Assembly: GCA_964352335.1 (NCBI GenBank)
Contig: CAYGRO010000003.1
Location: 24,798 to 88,797, forward strand
Length of the DNA stretch: 64,000 nt
Reading direction: 5' to 3'
DNA from: an uncultured Gammaproteobacteria bacterium
GTDB lineage: Bacteria; Patescibacteriota; Patescibacteriia; VMEV01; CAYQCH01
Positions 27,793 through 37,277 of the stretch are shown piece by piece. Under the pieces are notes generated by a model that was not told the origin of the DNA, did no database searches, and saw only the letters and a program-made list of their open reading frames with translations. Made by a program: the position numbers and the translations under genes. Position 1 is the first letter of the stretch; each line of letters opens with the position of its first letter.

Positions 27793-29064
27793 CTAAGTAA
27801 ACTGATGAGGCTCTTTAAACCCTCCAACTTTTCGTTTTAAACGAGTATTTATAATACTTGCTCTTTGTAAAGCCTTTTCTCCATAACGATTATTAATCTT
27901 ATCTTGAGCTTCTAAAAGATTTCTATGACGTCTTTCTATACCTAAATAAGGTAATTGCATTCCATCTTTTTTAAGCATGGTTGCTCCAATACCAATTAAT
28001 CGTACAGGTAAACGAAAGAACCATTTATCTAACAAACTTTTGGCTATTTTATAGATATCATAACCATCATCAACATATGTTTTTAGTGTTTTCCCTTCAC
28101 CTGAACTTGTCATATCTTCCCATCGCAAATGCACCCAAATACGACGAGCTTCGTAACCATCTTTTCTTAGTCTTCTCCCAACCTTTTCTGATAACCGCAA
28201 AAGCATACGATAAACCTCATCTCTATTTACTGTATTTTGACTTAATGTATAGGTATGTCCAATTGATTTAGCAGGAGCCACCTCTTCTACATAGGGAACA
28301 ATTGTATGATCAATCCCTTTACCCATATCTGAAAGCATTTTTCCATTATTAGGCCCAAAGACTCGTTGTAATTCTTCTACAGGATAATTACCTAATTGCC
28401 GTAATGTTCTTATCCCCATATCGAATAAACGAATTTTTAAGCGATTACCAATACCTGGGATATCGGTTAATTCAACCCAATCTAAAACATGTCGTAATTG
28501 ATCTGGCTCAATAACAATTAATCCATCTGGCTTTTTCATGCTAGAAGCTAATTTAGACATCATTCTATTTGGAGCAATACCAATAGAACAAGTTAAAATA
28601 TCACCTATTTCTTCTTTAAGATTTTGTTTCATTTTATGAGCGATATCTATAGCCCCTTGATAATCTTTGACCCAGCCCGTTAAATCCATGAACAACTCAT
28701 CTACACTATAGACTTCTATACGATCACTATATCGCTTACCAATATTGATAAATTTTTGCGTAATTTCTTGGTACTTTGTTGGATCACCGTCTATAAACAT
28801 CAAATGAGGACAAAGTTTTAAGGCCTCTGAGGTCTTCATAGCTGTTTTTAGGCCATAGGCTTTTGCTTCTATAGAACAAGCAACAATAACACTTCTAGAC
28901 GCAGGAGAACCACCAATAGCAATAGGTTTACCACGCAAAAAAGGATTGCATTGCTGTTCAGCCGTTGCAAAATAGGAATTGAAATCGATATGTAATATAC
29001 AATTGACCCCGTATAACTCGTTACCTCGCTTACGGGGCAAGCCATTGATATGTGACATATGCAT
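27793..29064 (-). CDS. dinB: Y-family DNA polymerase (DNA polymerase IV-like)
   Basis: The N-terminal motif ILHIDFNSYFATAEQQCNPFLRGKPIAIGG matches the DinB/UmuC catalytic core. Confidence 0.8.
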   Translation of the reverse strand: MHMSHINGLPRKRGNELYGVNCILHIDFNSYFATAEQQCNPFLRGKPIAIGGSPASRSVIVACSIEAKAYGLKTAMKTSEALKLCPHLMFIDGDPTKYQEITQKFINIGKRYSDRIEVYSVDELFMDLTGWVKDYQGAIDIAHKMKQNLKEEIGDILTCSIGIAPNRMMSKLASSMKKPDGLIVIEPDQLRHVLDWVELTDIPGIGNRLKIRLFDMGIRTLRQLGNYPVEELQRVFGPNNGKMLSDMGKGIDHTIVPYVEEVAPAKSIGHTYTLSQNTVNRDEVYRMLLRLSEKVGRRLRKDGYEARRIWVHLRWEDMTSSGEGKTLKTYVDDGYDIYKIAKSLLDKWFFRLPVRLIGIGATMLKKDGMQLPYLGIERRHRNLLEAQDKINNRYGEKALQRASIINTRLKRKVGGFKEPHQFT

Positions 29065-29186
29065 ACCTCCCCCTAACCCCCTCCTTCACAGGAGGGGGAA
29101 GTATAAACAATTAAATACTACCTTCCCCTCCCATTCGGCTCGAGCTCATGGCCGAGAGCTAATTTAGGAGGGGATTGAGGGGTGGT
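29065..29186. repeat. GC-rich palindromic intergenic repeat (ccccctccttcacaggaggggg ... cccctcccattcggctcgagctcatggccgagagc ... ggaggggattgaggggtggta)
   Basis: Shares the ctcgagctca core with the 10994-11058 copy and the ggagggg-tgaggggtggta arm with the 21688-21786 copy. Confidence 0.55.
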
Positions 29187-29189
29187 ATG

Positions 29190-29438
29190 TTACTCCTGAT
29201 AATGTTCAACAAGATACCACTGCAAACTATCTGTATGAAGCTCTAAACGAAAAAACTCTGTGTCTGTAGCTACAGAGAAAAAATAAATACGTTCTTGACC
29301 ATTATGAGTTGAGTGGACATTTAAAATTTGCTTTATTTGATAAAGATTTTTTTCCCAACGTATTAATTTGGGGTGAACCTTCTTTTCATCAAAAAGAGCA
29401 ACGACTTTAATACGGTCTTGAAATTTTTCGTGAAGCAT
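29190..29438 (-). CDS. Hypothetical 82-aa protein immediately upstream of dinB (possible polymerase accessory factor)
   Basis: ORF only, with no recognisable motif. Its position between lexA and a Y-family polymerase is the sole basis for the functional guess. Confidence 0.3.
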   Translation of the reverse strand: MLHEKFQDRIKVVALFDEKKVHPKLIRWEKNLYQIKQILNVHSTHNGQERIYFFSVATDTEFFRLELHTDSLQWYLVEHYQE

Positions 29439-29439
29439 A

Positions 29440-30174
29440 AAGTTTTATTTAGGGAATAAAAAAACTTGCCAAAATTTAGAAGCAAGTTTTTTTATAAACA
29501 AGGTTACAGGTCGTTTTCAATCATCTTAAGGTTTAAAAGAACAAAAGATAACGTTAGATTGTAAACAACCTGTAAGGTTGTGCCAACAAAGTCGGAATTC
29601 TTGTACCTCTTATTAACTGAAAAAAAGGATTTAAAACAGAGAATAAGTCGGCCAATAAAGAATTTCGGTTCCCCTTCTCTTACCCGTCCCCAAATAAGAA
29701 AAGATGAATTGAATCGTTAGCAAGTGGTGTGGAGATGAAAAGATCTGTAACCTTGTTTATGTATGATGCAAATCTACGAATGAATACTAATCCTCCTTCG
29801 CTCTTGAGGAGCTTCGGCGGACAAGTCTGCAAATATTCAACGAATGAAAGGCATCATACTAATTTACTTTCTATTTCATTGTACGAGAGGAATGAAATAG
29901 GAGCAGTAAGAAACTTAGTGAGTGAAACTATACATCGCAACCTTATCTACAACTCTGCCAAGAAGTTGACGATAAAATGCTTTTGTTTTTCTTTTTTTCA
30001 TATTTTTGTTTTTCTAGACTAGGGTAAGGGCTGAAATAAGCAGCAATAAACAGGACCTGTCCAACCCATGGACCCGGATCATAGAGAATTTAGTTATTAG
30101 CGAGTTAAATTATTTTATGACAGTAGGAGGATGCGAATCTACGAATAAATACTAATCTACAAATATCCTACGAA
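29440..30174. other. 735-bp non-coding region between lexA and the dinB operon, carrying two copies of the AATCTACGAAT motif (29771-29805, 30133-30175) and a conserved hairpin (cgctcttgaggagcttcg); candidate ncRNA or regulatory region
   Basis: No convincing ORF. The 97-aa ORF at 29729-30022 has poor composition. Contains the hairpin aaaaacttgccaaaatttagaagcaagttttttt at 29460-29494 and a second copy of the hairpin motif at 31036-31058. Confidence 0.35.
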
Positions 30175-30801
30175 TTACATTGAGAGTTGTGGTGAAAACG
30201 ACCGGATCAAACCTTTAACAACCCCTTGAATAATTGGATCTCTTACAAATATTGGTGACATGGTTGAATTAGCAGGCTGTAAACGGATTTTATCTTTTTC
30301 TCGGTAGAATCGCTTAAGTGTTGCATAAGCATTATCGAGAAGGGCAACAACGATATCTCCATTTCTTGGACTTGGGTTTCTTTCTACAATTACGTAATCT
30401 CCGTCTAAAATTCCATCTTCAATCATTGATTCTCCTTTTACACGCAAGACATAGGAATTAGCAGGGTCGTCTACAAGAGTAATAGGAACAGCAATCGTTT
30501 CTCTTTCTTCTAAAGCTTCAATTGGACTACCTGCAGTAATGAGACCAACAAATGGTAAAGAAATAGACGGTGGTGCTGGTAGAGCTTTTGGTGTTAATTC
30601 AATAGAGCGAGCTTCATTATGATTTGAGGTGACATACCCTTTTTCTTCTAGAGCTTTCATATACTGATGAATACTTGAAGGAGATGAAAGATCAAATGCT
30701 TCTGCGATTTCTCTATAACTTGGCATATAGCTAAAGTCTTGGTAGAAGCTAATGAGAAAGTCGAGAATTTGCTTTTGTTTCTTTGTTAATTGAGCTGACA
30801 T
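30175..30801 (-). CDS. lexA: LexA repressor (S24 peptidase)
   Basis: N-terminal winged HTH (LTKKQKQILDFLISFYQDFSYMPSYREIAEAF) and the C-terminal Ser/Lys dyad (GESMIEDG ... TLKRF). The start was set to the ATG at 30801 (MSAQL); the ORF-track start is a TTG. Confidence 0.85.
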   Translation of the reverse strand: MSAQLTKKQKQILDFLISFYQDFSYMPSYREIAEAFDLSSPSSIHQYMKALEEKGYVTSNHNEARSIELTPKALPAPPSISLPFVGLITAGSPIEALEERETIAVPITLVDDPANSYVLRVKGESMIEDGILDGDYVIVERNPSPRNGDIVVALLDNAYATLKRFYREKDKIRLQPANSTMSPIFVRDPIIQGVVKGLIRSFSPQLSM

Positions 30802-30828
30802 ATGGTTTATGTTTTTCACAGAGAGGTA

Positions 30829-30866
30829 TGATGCCAATCTGCGAATGTATACTAATCTACAAATAA
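30829..30866. promoter_or_regulatory. Conserved ~35-nt motif (minus-sense GATTAGTATACATTCGCAGATTGGCATCATAC) ending about 24 nt upstream of the lexA ATG; candidate operator or promoter element
   Basis: Near-identical to the copies at 20503-20535 (secA upstream) and 29771-29805. Confidence 0.45.
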
Positions 30867-31089
30867 GATATGAATATTCTTTTTATTGCACCTACTAGAG
30901 TGCTGAGATCTGTTTTTCTTAACTCAATGATTGAATTATATATGAACAAAACATGAACGTCAAGTGTATTTAATTTTGGCTAAGGTAAGATCTATCTCTA
31001 TTTTTGTTCATTTTTTGTTTGTAGTTATCCACAGGTCTTCGCTCCTTGAGGAGCTTCGACCTGCACAGCATTCTTTAACCAAAACAAAA

Positions 31090-31120
31090 TCCCCTTTTTA
31101 AACAAAGGGGATTTTGAAAG
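31090..31120. terminator. Bidirectional hairpin terminator downstream of the DUF378 gene
   Basis: The sequence aaaatcccctttttaaacaaaggggatttt is a perfect palindrome flanked by A/T runs on both sides. Confidence 0.55.
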
Positions 31121-31138
31121 AATAGGGTTTATTCTTTT

Positions 31139-31387
31139 TTACATGCTTTTTTTCATTTCGCAATTTTTACAAGCTCCTTCTTTACATTTTTTGCATTTGC
31201 AACCAACGAGAAGAAGAATACCTGCTAGACCTACTAGTACGTAAACAATACGCATAACTAGCGGCCAAGAACCTAGTAAAGCTTCTACTAAGTTCCATTC
31301 GAAAGCTCCTACGAGCCCCCAATTTAGGGCACCAACGATTACCAATAACCAGGCAATCATATGTCCACTACATCCTTTTTTCATCAT
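31139..31387 (-). CDS. DUF378-family small membrane protein with an unusual Cys/Lys-rich C-terminal tail
   Basis: IAWLLVIVGALNWGLVGAFEWNLVEALLG...IVYVLVGLAGILLL matches the DUF378 pattern. The tail is GCKCKKCKEGACKNCEMKK. Confidence 0.55.
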   Translation of the reverse strand: MMKKGCSGHMIAWLLVIVGALNWGLVGAFEWNLVEALLGSWPLVMRIVYVLVGLAGILLLVGCKCKKCKEGACKNCEMKKSM

Positions 31388-31570
31388 AGCAATTAATATT
31401 ACTTATTTAGATAAAATTACGTTGTGTACATTTTATATTAGTGTCGTGACTCATGTAGTATACCATTTACTGCAGAAAATAAACAATAACTTTTACACAA
31501 AATTTCTATTGTTTTTTTATCTAAAATGATATACTTATACTAAATATTTAGTCTTATTTTAAGAGGGATT

Positions 31571-34500
31571 ATGACACAATTTAAAAAATGGAGTTTTTTA
31601 GGTAGTATTCTTTTTCTTACAATTGGTTCATTTCAGTATTTTTTTCAACAACAAAAAGTTGAACCAGCCTATGCAGCCGCTGGTGACGTAGCAGTAACAA
31701 TTACAAGAGCTGGGGATGCTCAAGCTGTAAGCGGAGCCAATATTCAAGTAAATTGTCCGGCAACTGGTAATAGTATTGTTTTAACAGAAGCTCCTCCCTC
31801 TTCTGGAAATTATTCAGGGAGTTTTCTTGGTCAATGTAATAATGGAGACGCTCTTCTTGCAACCATTCAAGTAAGTGGTTTTGTAGACCAAGCAGCACTC
31901 GCATTCCCTGGTAATTATAACCCTGGAACTGACCCAGATTGTGGTAGTAATACACAATGTTTAAATGTAACCAATTTTCAGCCAGGTGTAGCAATTACCG
32001 TAGAAGATGCTGGCTCTACCCCTATTACTGGGGCAACTGTAAGTTCTGCAAGTGTAGGATGTTATGCAGCTCCTGGTGGTGTTTATTTATGTATTGAACC
32101 AGAAGGCGCTGGTTGCCCAACAACAGATACGGCAACAGCCAATGCCAATGGATTTTTAGCTAATACTGGAAATTATAATCGAAGATGTAATGGGAACGAT
32201 GCACAAAGCCAAATAACAATCCAATTGGCTGTTGACCCCAATGCTGGAGGTGGTGGTATTTTCAAGTTTTTACAACAACAAGAATCTGAATCAAATAAGG
32301 AAACCATTCTACCTAAAATTAATACCAAGGCTATTGATATTCAAATTGAAGAATTAAAGCTTGAATCTACTAACCCCATTCTTATTTGCCCATTCCAAAC
32401 TGAAGAAAAAGATCTTGATGTCTATAGTTTTTACACCCCCCAAAATGCTCCGATTTCACCTATTCCAGGAGAAATTGTTCAACCAGGTATTTTTGGATTT
32501 AAAAATACACAAGGAAAAAATGTAAGAATTGAATTTAATAGTACAAATCCTGGTAATAACGATAATTGGAATTTTGAAGTCACACGCTCTCTTTATGAAG
32601 CTGTAGGGGTTCTTCTTTCATCTACAAAATATATTTATCGTGCTTCTTCAACAAATACTTTACAATTGGTTCAAATTTCTGATGCTCAATTTTTTAATCC
32701 ACAAACCTTACAAGTTATCGGAAACCAGACTATTTATGAATATGATGAAAACGGAAATCTAGCACGAGCTTTTATTCACCCTGATTTTAATGAAAACTTA
32801 CGAGAAGAACTTGCATTCGACGCCATTACTCCTCCTTCATCAGCCTTAGATCACTTTATCCCAAGAAGTAGTTGTCAATTAGCAAATGCCCCTCAACTTC
32901 CTCCAGAAAAAACAGCACCTCTTGAAATTGCCAATCCTATTATTCAATCCCCTTCTATTTTAGAGTTTGAATATGACGCAAATTCAAATGAAGTGCGTGT
33001 TGATTGTCCTGTAGAAACAGCCGTAGCTGGTATTGAGTCATTCCTCTTCTCTAAACTCTTTGCGCCAGGGATAATAGAACCAGGAAACTTACCTTTAGAC
33101 CTTGTTTATTTTATTGTTTGTGATAATGAAACAACGAACCTTGGTTTAGGTGAACGATTAGGAGTGATCAATTCATTTGCTTCAACCTTTAATAGAGTCC
33201 CATTGTCTACAGAAGACTGGATTGATGTTTTATTTATTGCCCATGGATCTGAACCAATACAAAAACCTTCTGAAAAGAAATTTGATGAAGCAAAAAATCT
33301 TTTCGTAAAACTCTTTGATCGACAACCAAATGAACAAGATCCACGTGACAGAGAAAAACTAGATCAATTAGTCTTTGGTATACGACCATTACAGCGAGAT
33401 CTCGAAAAAGAATATGGGGCTATTTTAGAATTTGGTTCAATCTTTAGTGCTTTCCCTGCCTCAAATATGGATTGGAATGTGGTAAGAACCCTTGCCTATG
33501 GAGATGATGTAATTGATTTAAATAAAGTAGATCGACAATTAGCAGATATTAGATCTTCATTAGAAAAAGGACCTTGTACAGAAGAAGAAATAGCCGCTTT
33601 AAATGCACAAAAAGCTCTATTAGAACAAGAAGCGGAAAGTCTTACAAAAAAACAAGATAAATTAAAAGATGAAATTAAAGCTTGTAATGATAAGTCCTCT
33701 GATATGCAGACCAAAAAGAATGATGCAAATACAAAAGCAGAAGATGCAGGAAAAAAATCTGACGACGCACAAAAAGAAGCAGATAAAGCAGATCAAGAAA
33801 TAGCAGACTTAGAAAAAGATATCAAAGATTTACAAGAAACATTAACTGGTGGTGATAATGTAGAAACAAAGTCTACAACAGATCCTCTTGGTGGCATTAA
33901 TTCTGGAGCTGCTATTACCTTTGATGGTGGGGTTACATGGGTTGTAGCAACTGGCGAAAGTGGTGCACAACAACTTGCAGAGAATTTGGCAAATAACCCA
34001 GGCATTGTAAAAGATTTGCAAAATAAGAAAAACGAATTGAATGAGAAAAAAGCTGATAAACAAAAAGCCGAAGAAAACAAAGAAAAGGCTGATAAAGAAA
34101 AAGCGGATGCCGAAAAAGAAGCCTCTGACCTAGAAAAACAACTTGAAGCAAAAAAAGCTGATACAGCAAAAAAAGAAAAGGACTTAGATGATATTGGAAA
34201 GCGTATTGATGAATTAAATAAAAAGATTGCCGAATTTAATGAAGTTGCAAAAAAATGCGATATCGCAGCTGCTGGTGCAAAAAGAGAAGCTTCTGAAAAG
34301 CTAAATGAAGCCAAAAAGAAATTAGACAAAATGCCCCCAGAAGAAAAAGAAGAAGCAGAAAATATCTTTGATGAAAATGCAACAGATGAAGAAAAAGGAG
34401 CCGATACAGATGCAGGATATGCTGGTGGAGCAGCTGATAAAGCAGCAGATAAACTAGAAGAAGCAATGCGTGCGGCTTCTGGCTGTAAAGATGGCGATAA

Positions 34501-35170
34501 AAAGTGTGGAGGAACCTATTCCACAGGCAAAACACTCATCGGTAGCGGGACAGAAGGATGGTTCCAAACCCTTCTCTATTTACGTGGCGGTGGTCTTGAT
34601 GGAGATGTTAAATACAATGAAATGGTAAATGATGTTCAAGATGCCTTTGGTAATGTAGAGTCGATTGAACAAGTAGGATTAGCTATTGGAACAACCGTTG
34701 AGGTTTTATCTGGCAGTAGTATTTTAGGGATTGGTATGGCTATTCCTGGTCTTGTTTATGGGGCTTGGTCAAATATAGCAACAGAAGCTGCCTTAAATAG
34801 AATTGCAGAAATTAGAAATGTTGTTCCTAACCCTACAATTGACGGAGACCTCTTCTTCTATGGAGGTTGGGATAAATATAGTCAAGACACCAGAATAGAA
34901 AGATTCATCTGTCTAGATGGAATTTGGCAACCAAATGGATCTTCACTTGTCTCTACCAAAATTACTTGTGAATATAGAGATCCAGCTATTGAAGTTGTCC
35001 CTATCCCAGAAGGAAACCTCCCCGACTACAGTGAAAAAGAAAATGGAAACTGGAGAAACCCAGATAGTCTTAAAAAATTCTCTGAATGGAGAGCAACCCA
35101 ATTAAATGAACACCAACCATTTGGTACCTGCAAAGAACAAATCTTTACGTATAGCCCTAGTTGTGGGTAA
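31571..35170 (+). CDS. Giant secreted protein (1199 aa) with an N-terminal signal/TM, a Cys-containing beta-rich region and a ~300-aa K/E/A/D-rich coiled-coil segment
   Basis: Hydrophobic N-terminus (WSFLGSILFLTIGSF). The coiled-coil block covers residues ~640-960 (KKADKQKAEENKEKADKEKADAEKEASDLEKQLEAKKAD...). Antisense ORFs in this block are low-complexity artefacts. Confidence 0.6.
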   Translation: MTQFKKWSFLGSILFLTIGSFQYFFQQQKVEPAYAAAGDVAVTITRAGDAQAVSGANIQVNCPATGNSIVLTEAPPSSGNYSGSFLGQCNNGDALLATIQVSGFVDQAALAFPGNYNPGTDPDCGSNTQCLNVTNFQPGVAITVEDAGSTPITGATVSSASVGCYAAPGGVYLCIEPEGAGCPTTDTATANANGFLANTGNYNRRCNGNDAQSQITIQLAVDPNAGGGGIFKFLQQQESESNKETILPKINTKAIDIQIEELKLESTNPILICPFQTEEKDLDVYSFYTPQNAPISPIPGEIVQPGIFGFKNTQGKNVRIEFNSTNPGNNDNWNFEVTRSLYEAVGVLLSSTKYIYRASSTNTLQLVQISDAQFFNPQTLQVIGNQTIYEYDENGNLARAFIHPDFNENLREELAFDAITPPSSALDHFIPRSSCQLANAPQLPPEKTAPLEIANPIIQSPSILEFEYDANSNEVRVDCPVETAVAGIESFLFSKLFAPGIIEPGNLPLDLVYFIVCDNETTNLGLGERLGVINSFASTFNRVPLSTEDWIDVLFIAHGSEPIQKPSEKKFDEAKNLFVKLFDRQPNEQDPRDREKLDQLVFGIRPLQRDLEKEYGAILEFGSIFSAFPASNMDWNVVRTLAYGDDVIDLNKVDRQLADIRSSLEKGPCTEEEIAALNAQKALLEQEAESLTKKQDKLKDEIKACNDKSSDMQTKKNDANTKAEDAGKKSDDAQKEADKADQEIADLEKDIKDLQETLTGGDNVETKSTTDPLGGINSGAAITFDGGVTWVVATGESGAQQLAENLANNPGIVKDLQNKKNELNEKKADKQKAEENKEKADKEKADAEKEASDLEKQLEAKKADTAKKEKDLDDIGKRIDELNKKIAEFNEVAKKCDIAAAGAKREASEKLNEAKKKLDKMPPEEKEEAENIFDENATDEEKGADTDAGYAGGAADKAADKLEEAMRAASGCKDGDKKCGGTYSTGKTLIGSGTEGWFQTLLYLRGGGLDGDVKYNEMVNDVQDAFGNVESIEQVGLAIGTTVEVLSGSSILGIGMAIPGLVYGAWSNIATEAALNRIAEIRNVVPNPTIDGDLFFYGGWDKYSQDTRIERFICLDGIWQPNGSSLVSTKITCEYRDPAIEVVPIPEGNLPDYSEKENGNWRNPDSLKKFSEWRATQLNEHQPFGTCKEQIFTYSPSCG

Positions 35171-35189
35171 TACATTCTCCCTTTAAAAA

Positions 35190-35230
35190 GCAAGGCCCCC
35201 ACCTCTCAGGAAGATGTGGGGGTTTTGTCT
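35190..35230 (+). terminator. Rho-independent terminator after the giant gene
   Basis: The sequence gcaaggcccccacctctcaggaagatgtgggggttttgtc is a GC hairpin followed by a T-run. Confidence 0.55.
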
Positions 35231-35478
35231 TGGCTCGTCGCCTCACTCGGAGGAAGCTTAAGACTTGCGTCATTGCTAAACGTAACCAAGGCGATACATA
35301 GACCAATGAGAATGAAGACATACCCCCCAGTGATCAGGGGATACTCTCCAGGAAGATCCTTTTCTCCGCCCACGATGAGACAGATAAAGGTTATTAATCC
35401 AACGAGACACCAGATCAGAAAAACGACCATGGTGTAGTACATCTTTTCGTCAGGAATATGAGACTTCTTTTGCGGCAT
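35206..35478 (-). CDS. Small membrane protein (90 aa, two TM helices) at the edge of GC island B
   Basis: ORF with two hydrophobic helices and intermediate GC content. Coding status is uncertain. Confidence 0.3.
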   Translation of the reverse strand: MPQKKSHIPDEKMYYTMVVFLIWCLVGLITFICLIVGGEKDLPGEYPLITGGYVFILIGLCIALVTFSNDASLKLPPSEATSQDKTPTSS

Positions 35479-35605
35479 GTCTAGCTCCTTTGCCTAAACA
35501 AGGTTTACCATACTTTTTTACAAAATGAAACGAGCTAGCAAGACAGTCCGCTCCCGTGAGGGTGCATAATGTCGAGCTAGCTCGTTGTGGGCCAATTACG
35601 CTGGC

Positions 35606-37277
35606 TTAGGGCTTGTCCCGCGCCGTGACCAGGGTCCGGGCCGGGTCGAAGGTCCCGGGGTTGAGAGGGTCTTCCCTTCGCTCGATTGCGAAGAGAAAGT
35701 CCTCACCCAGAGTGGGCGTCCCGTTCTTGATGAACATGTGGCTATCCCTCACGTCGGAGGAACGACCATCGGGCATGAACGACCACTTGTTGTCGTCCCC
35801 CAAGTCCGCGTCGTTGAATGGCAACGTGTGCCGGCCAACGGGGTTGGTGGGGTCGACGTTCAAGCGCGTCGTGCCTTCGTCGAAGGGGAACGGATGCGTT
35901 CCCAGCTGTTGATTGGCCGCATCGCGACGCACCGTGAGCGTGGGAATGACCATCGTCCCGTAGTCCGGTGGACCGAACCAGGCGGGACTGTCGGTGTTGG
36001 TGCACCGCCAGATCGACGAGACCGTGGGAAGCACCCACTTGCCTGCTGCCACCTGGTACGGAATCCCGAACCGCATGTGGGTGTCCCAGATACGGTTGGT
36101 GATATTGCCGGAGCCGTCCAGTCGAACGTGAACGGTAGGGTTACCGTCGAGCGTACGCGACTTGAACGTCTGCGTCATCCCGTTGAAGGTCGCGGTGATG
36201 GTGAAGAACGAGTTGATCCCGTTACCTCCCTTCACGTCGCGCCCCTCGATGAGGATGGGCTGGCCGTTGAAGTCGTTGACCACCGCGGCCTTGTTGGCAT
36301 CGTCGATGGACATCGTACACTGCGTGGTCACCTCCGCCATGCTCGCGAGGTCATAGACCCGGAACCGACGCCGCTCGCCCATCGAGATGAACGAGGGAGC
36401 CTGGATGACCAGCCCCGTGGAAGGAAGTGTGGGAGAGGAAGTCAGTGTCAGCTCATTGCTGACGATGACCTCATTCCAGCCCTGTTGGACGGTAGAGGTT
36501 CCACCGCCAGCGTCGGTGAAGGTCTTGGTCAAGGTGGTCTGAGCACCGACCCCGAAGGAGCGGACCTTGATCTGCTCGTTGTTGAGACGAGCGACGACCT
36601 TGCCGTCCGCATCGACAGCGGCAGCCCCAGACACGACCTCGTAGAAGACGAGGGTCCTGTTGACCGAGGAGGCGTTGTCGGTGTGAACCAGGTTGGTACC
36701 CAGCTCCGCACCGGTCCCGACGTCGATCTGAGCCGGCGCCGAGAGCGTGATGCTCTTGAGCAAGTCCGTCGTGGGGATGGGGTTGCTCCCACCACCGCCA
36801 CCGCCTCCAGTGGAAGCGACGACGACCTCCACGATGTCGGTGATCCTCTCGGTGATCGTCTTGCCGTTCTTCGTCACGGTGAACGTGATCGAAACCTTGC
36901 TAGGCGCAACGGCCAGGATCAGCCCCGTGTTGTCCAACACCTGAACGATGTTGGGGTCGGAGCTATTGACGGAGTCAGCCGTAACCTTCTCCGTCTGGCT
37001 CGTTCCCTTGAAGATCGCCACGATCTCCAGCTGCTGCTGGGTACCCTGGACGAGCTGGAAGGCACGAGGGGTCACCCCGATACCGACGAACTCGAGGTTC
37101 GCAGTGTTGGGGTTGTTGGTGGGTGGAGTGTTCGTCGGTCCACCACCGCTCGGGTTGGCACCTCCGGAGCCAGCGAGCTGGTTACCCTTGGGGCGACGAC
37201 GCGAGTCGCAGGCCTGGAAGATCATCGCCGAAACGATGACGAAGATGATCAGAAACAGGGTGCGCAATCCACGCATA
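35606..37277 (-). CDS. GC-rich putative lipoprotein with Big_2-like Ig domains, likely horizontally acquired
   Basis: Lipobox at MRGLRTLFLIIFVIVSAMIFQAC, preceded by AGGAGGTG. A Big_2-like segment (VTPRAFQLVQGTQQQLEIVAIFKGTSQTEKVTADSVNSSDPNIVQV) and G/T/S-rich linkers are present. The GC content is far above the flanks. The opposite-strand 576-aa ORF is Arg-rich antisense noise. Confidence 0.5.

Noticed and set aside
29729-30022. 97-aa ORF inside the lexA-dinB non-coding region
   Set aside because: Poor amino-acid composition. It overlaps a copy of the dispersed 35-nt motif and a hairpin. The region is more plausibly regulatory or ncRNA.
29440-30175. Possible CRISPR array or housekeeping RNA (RNase P RNA, SRP RNA, tmRNA) in the long non-coding stretch
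   Set aside because: Only two motif copies are present with non-uniform spacers, so this is not CRISPR-like. I could not find the conserved RNase P (GGAAAGTCC), SRP domain-IV or tmRNA tag-peptide signatures by eye. A covariance search would be needed.
33496-34535. Several minus-strand ORFs (33496..33714, 33793..34329, 33842..34063, 33933..34169, 34236..34535) antisense to the giant gene
   Set aside because: They lie inside the K/E/A repeat coiled-coil region. Their translations are low-complexity F/S/L/Q strings typical of antisense frames of repetitive coding DNA, with no start context.
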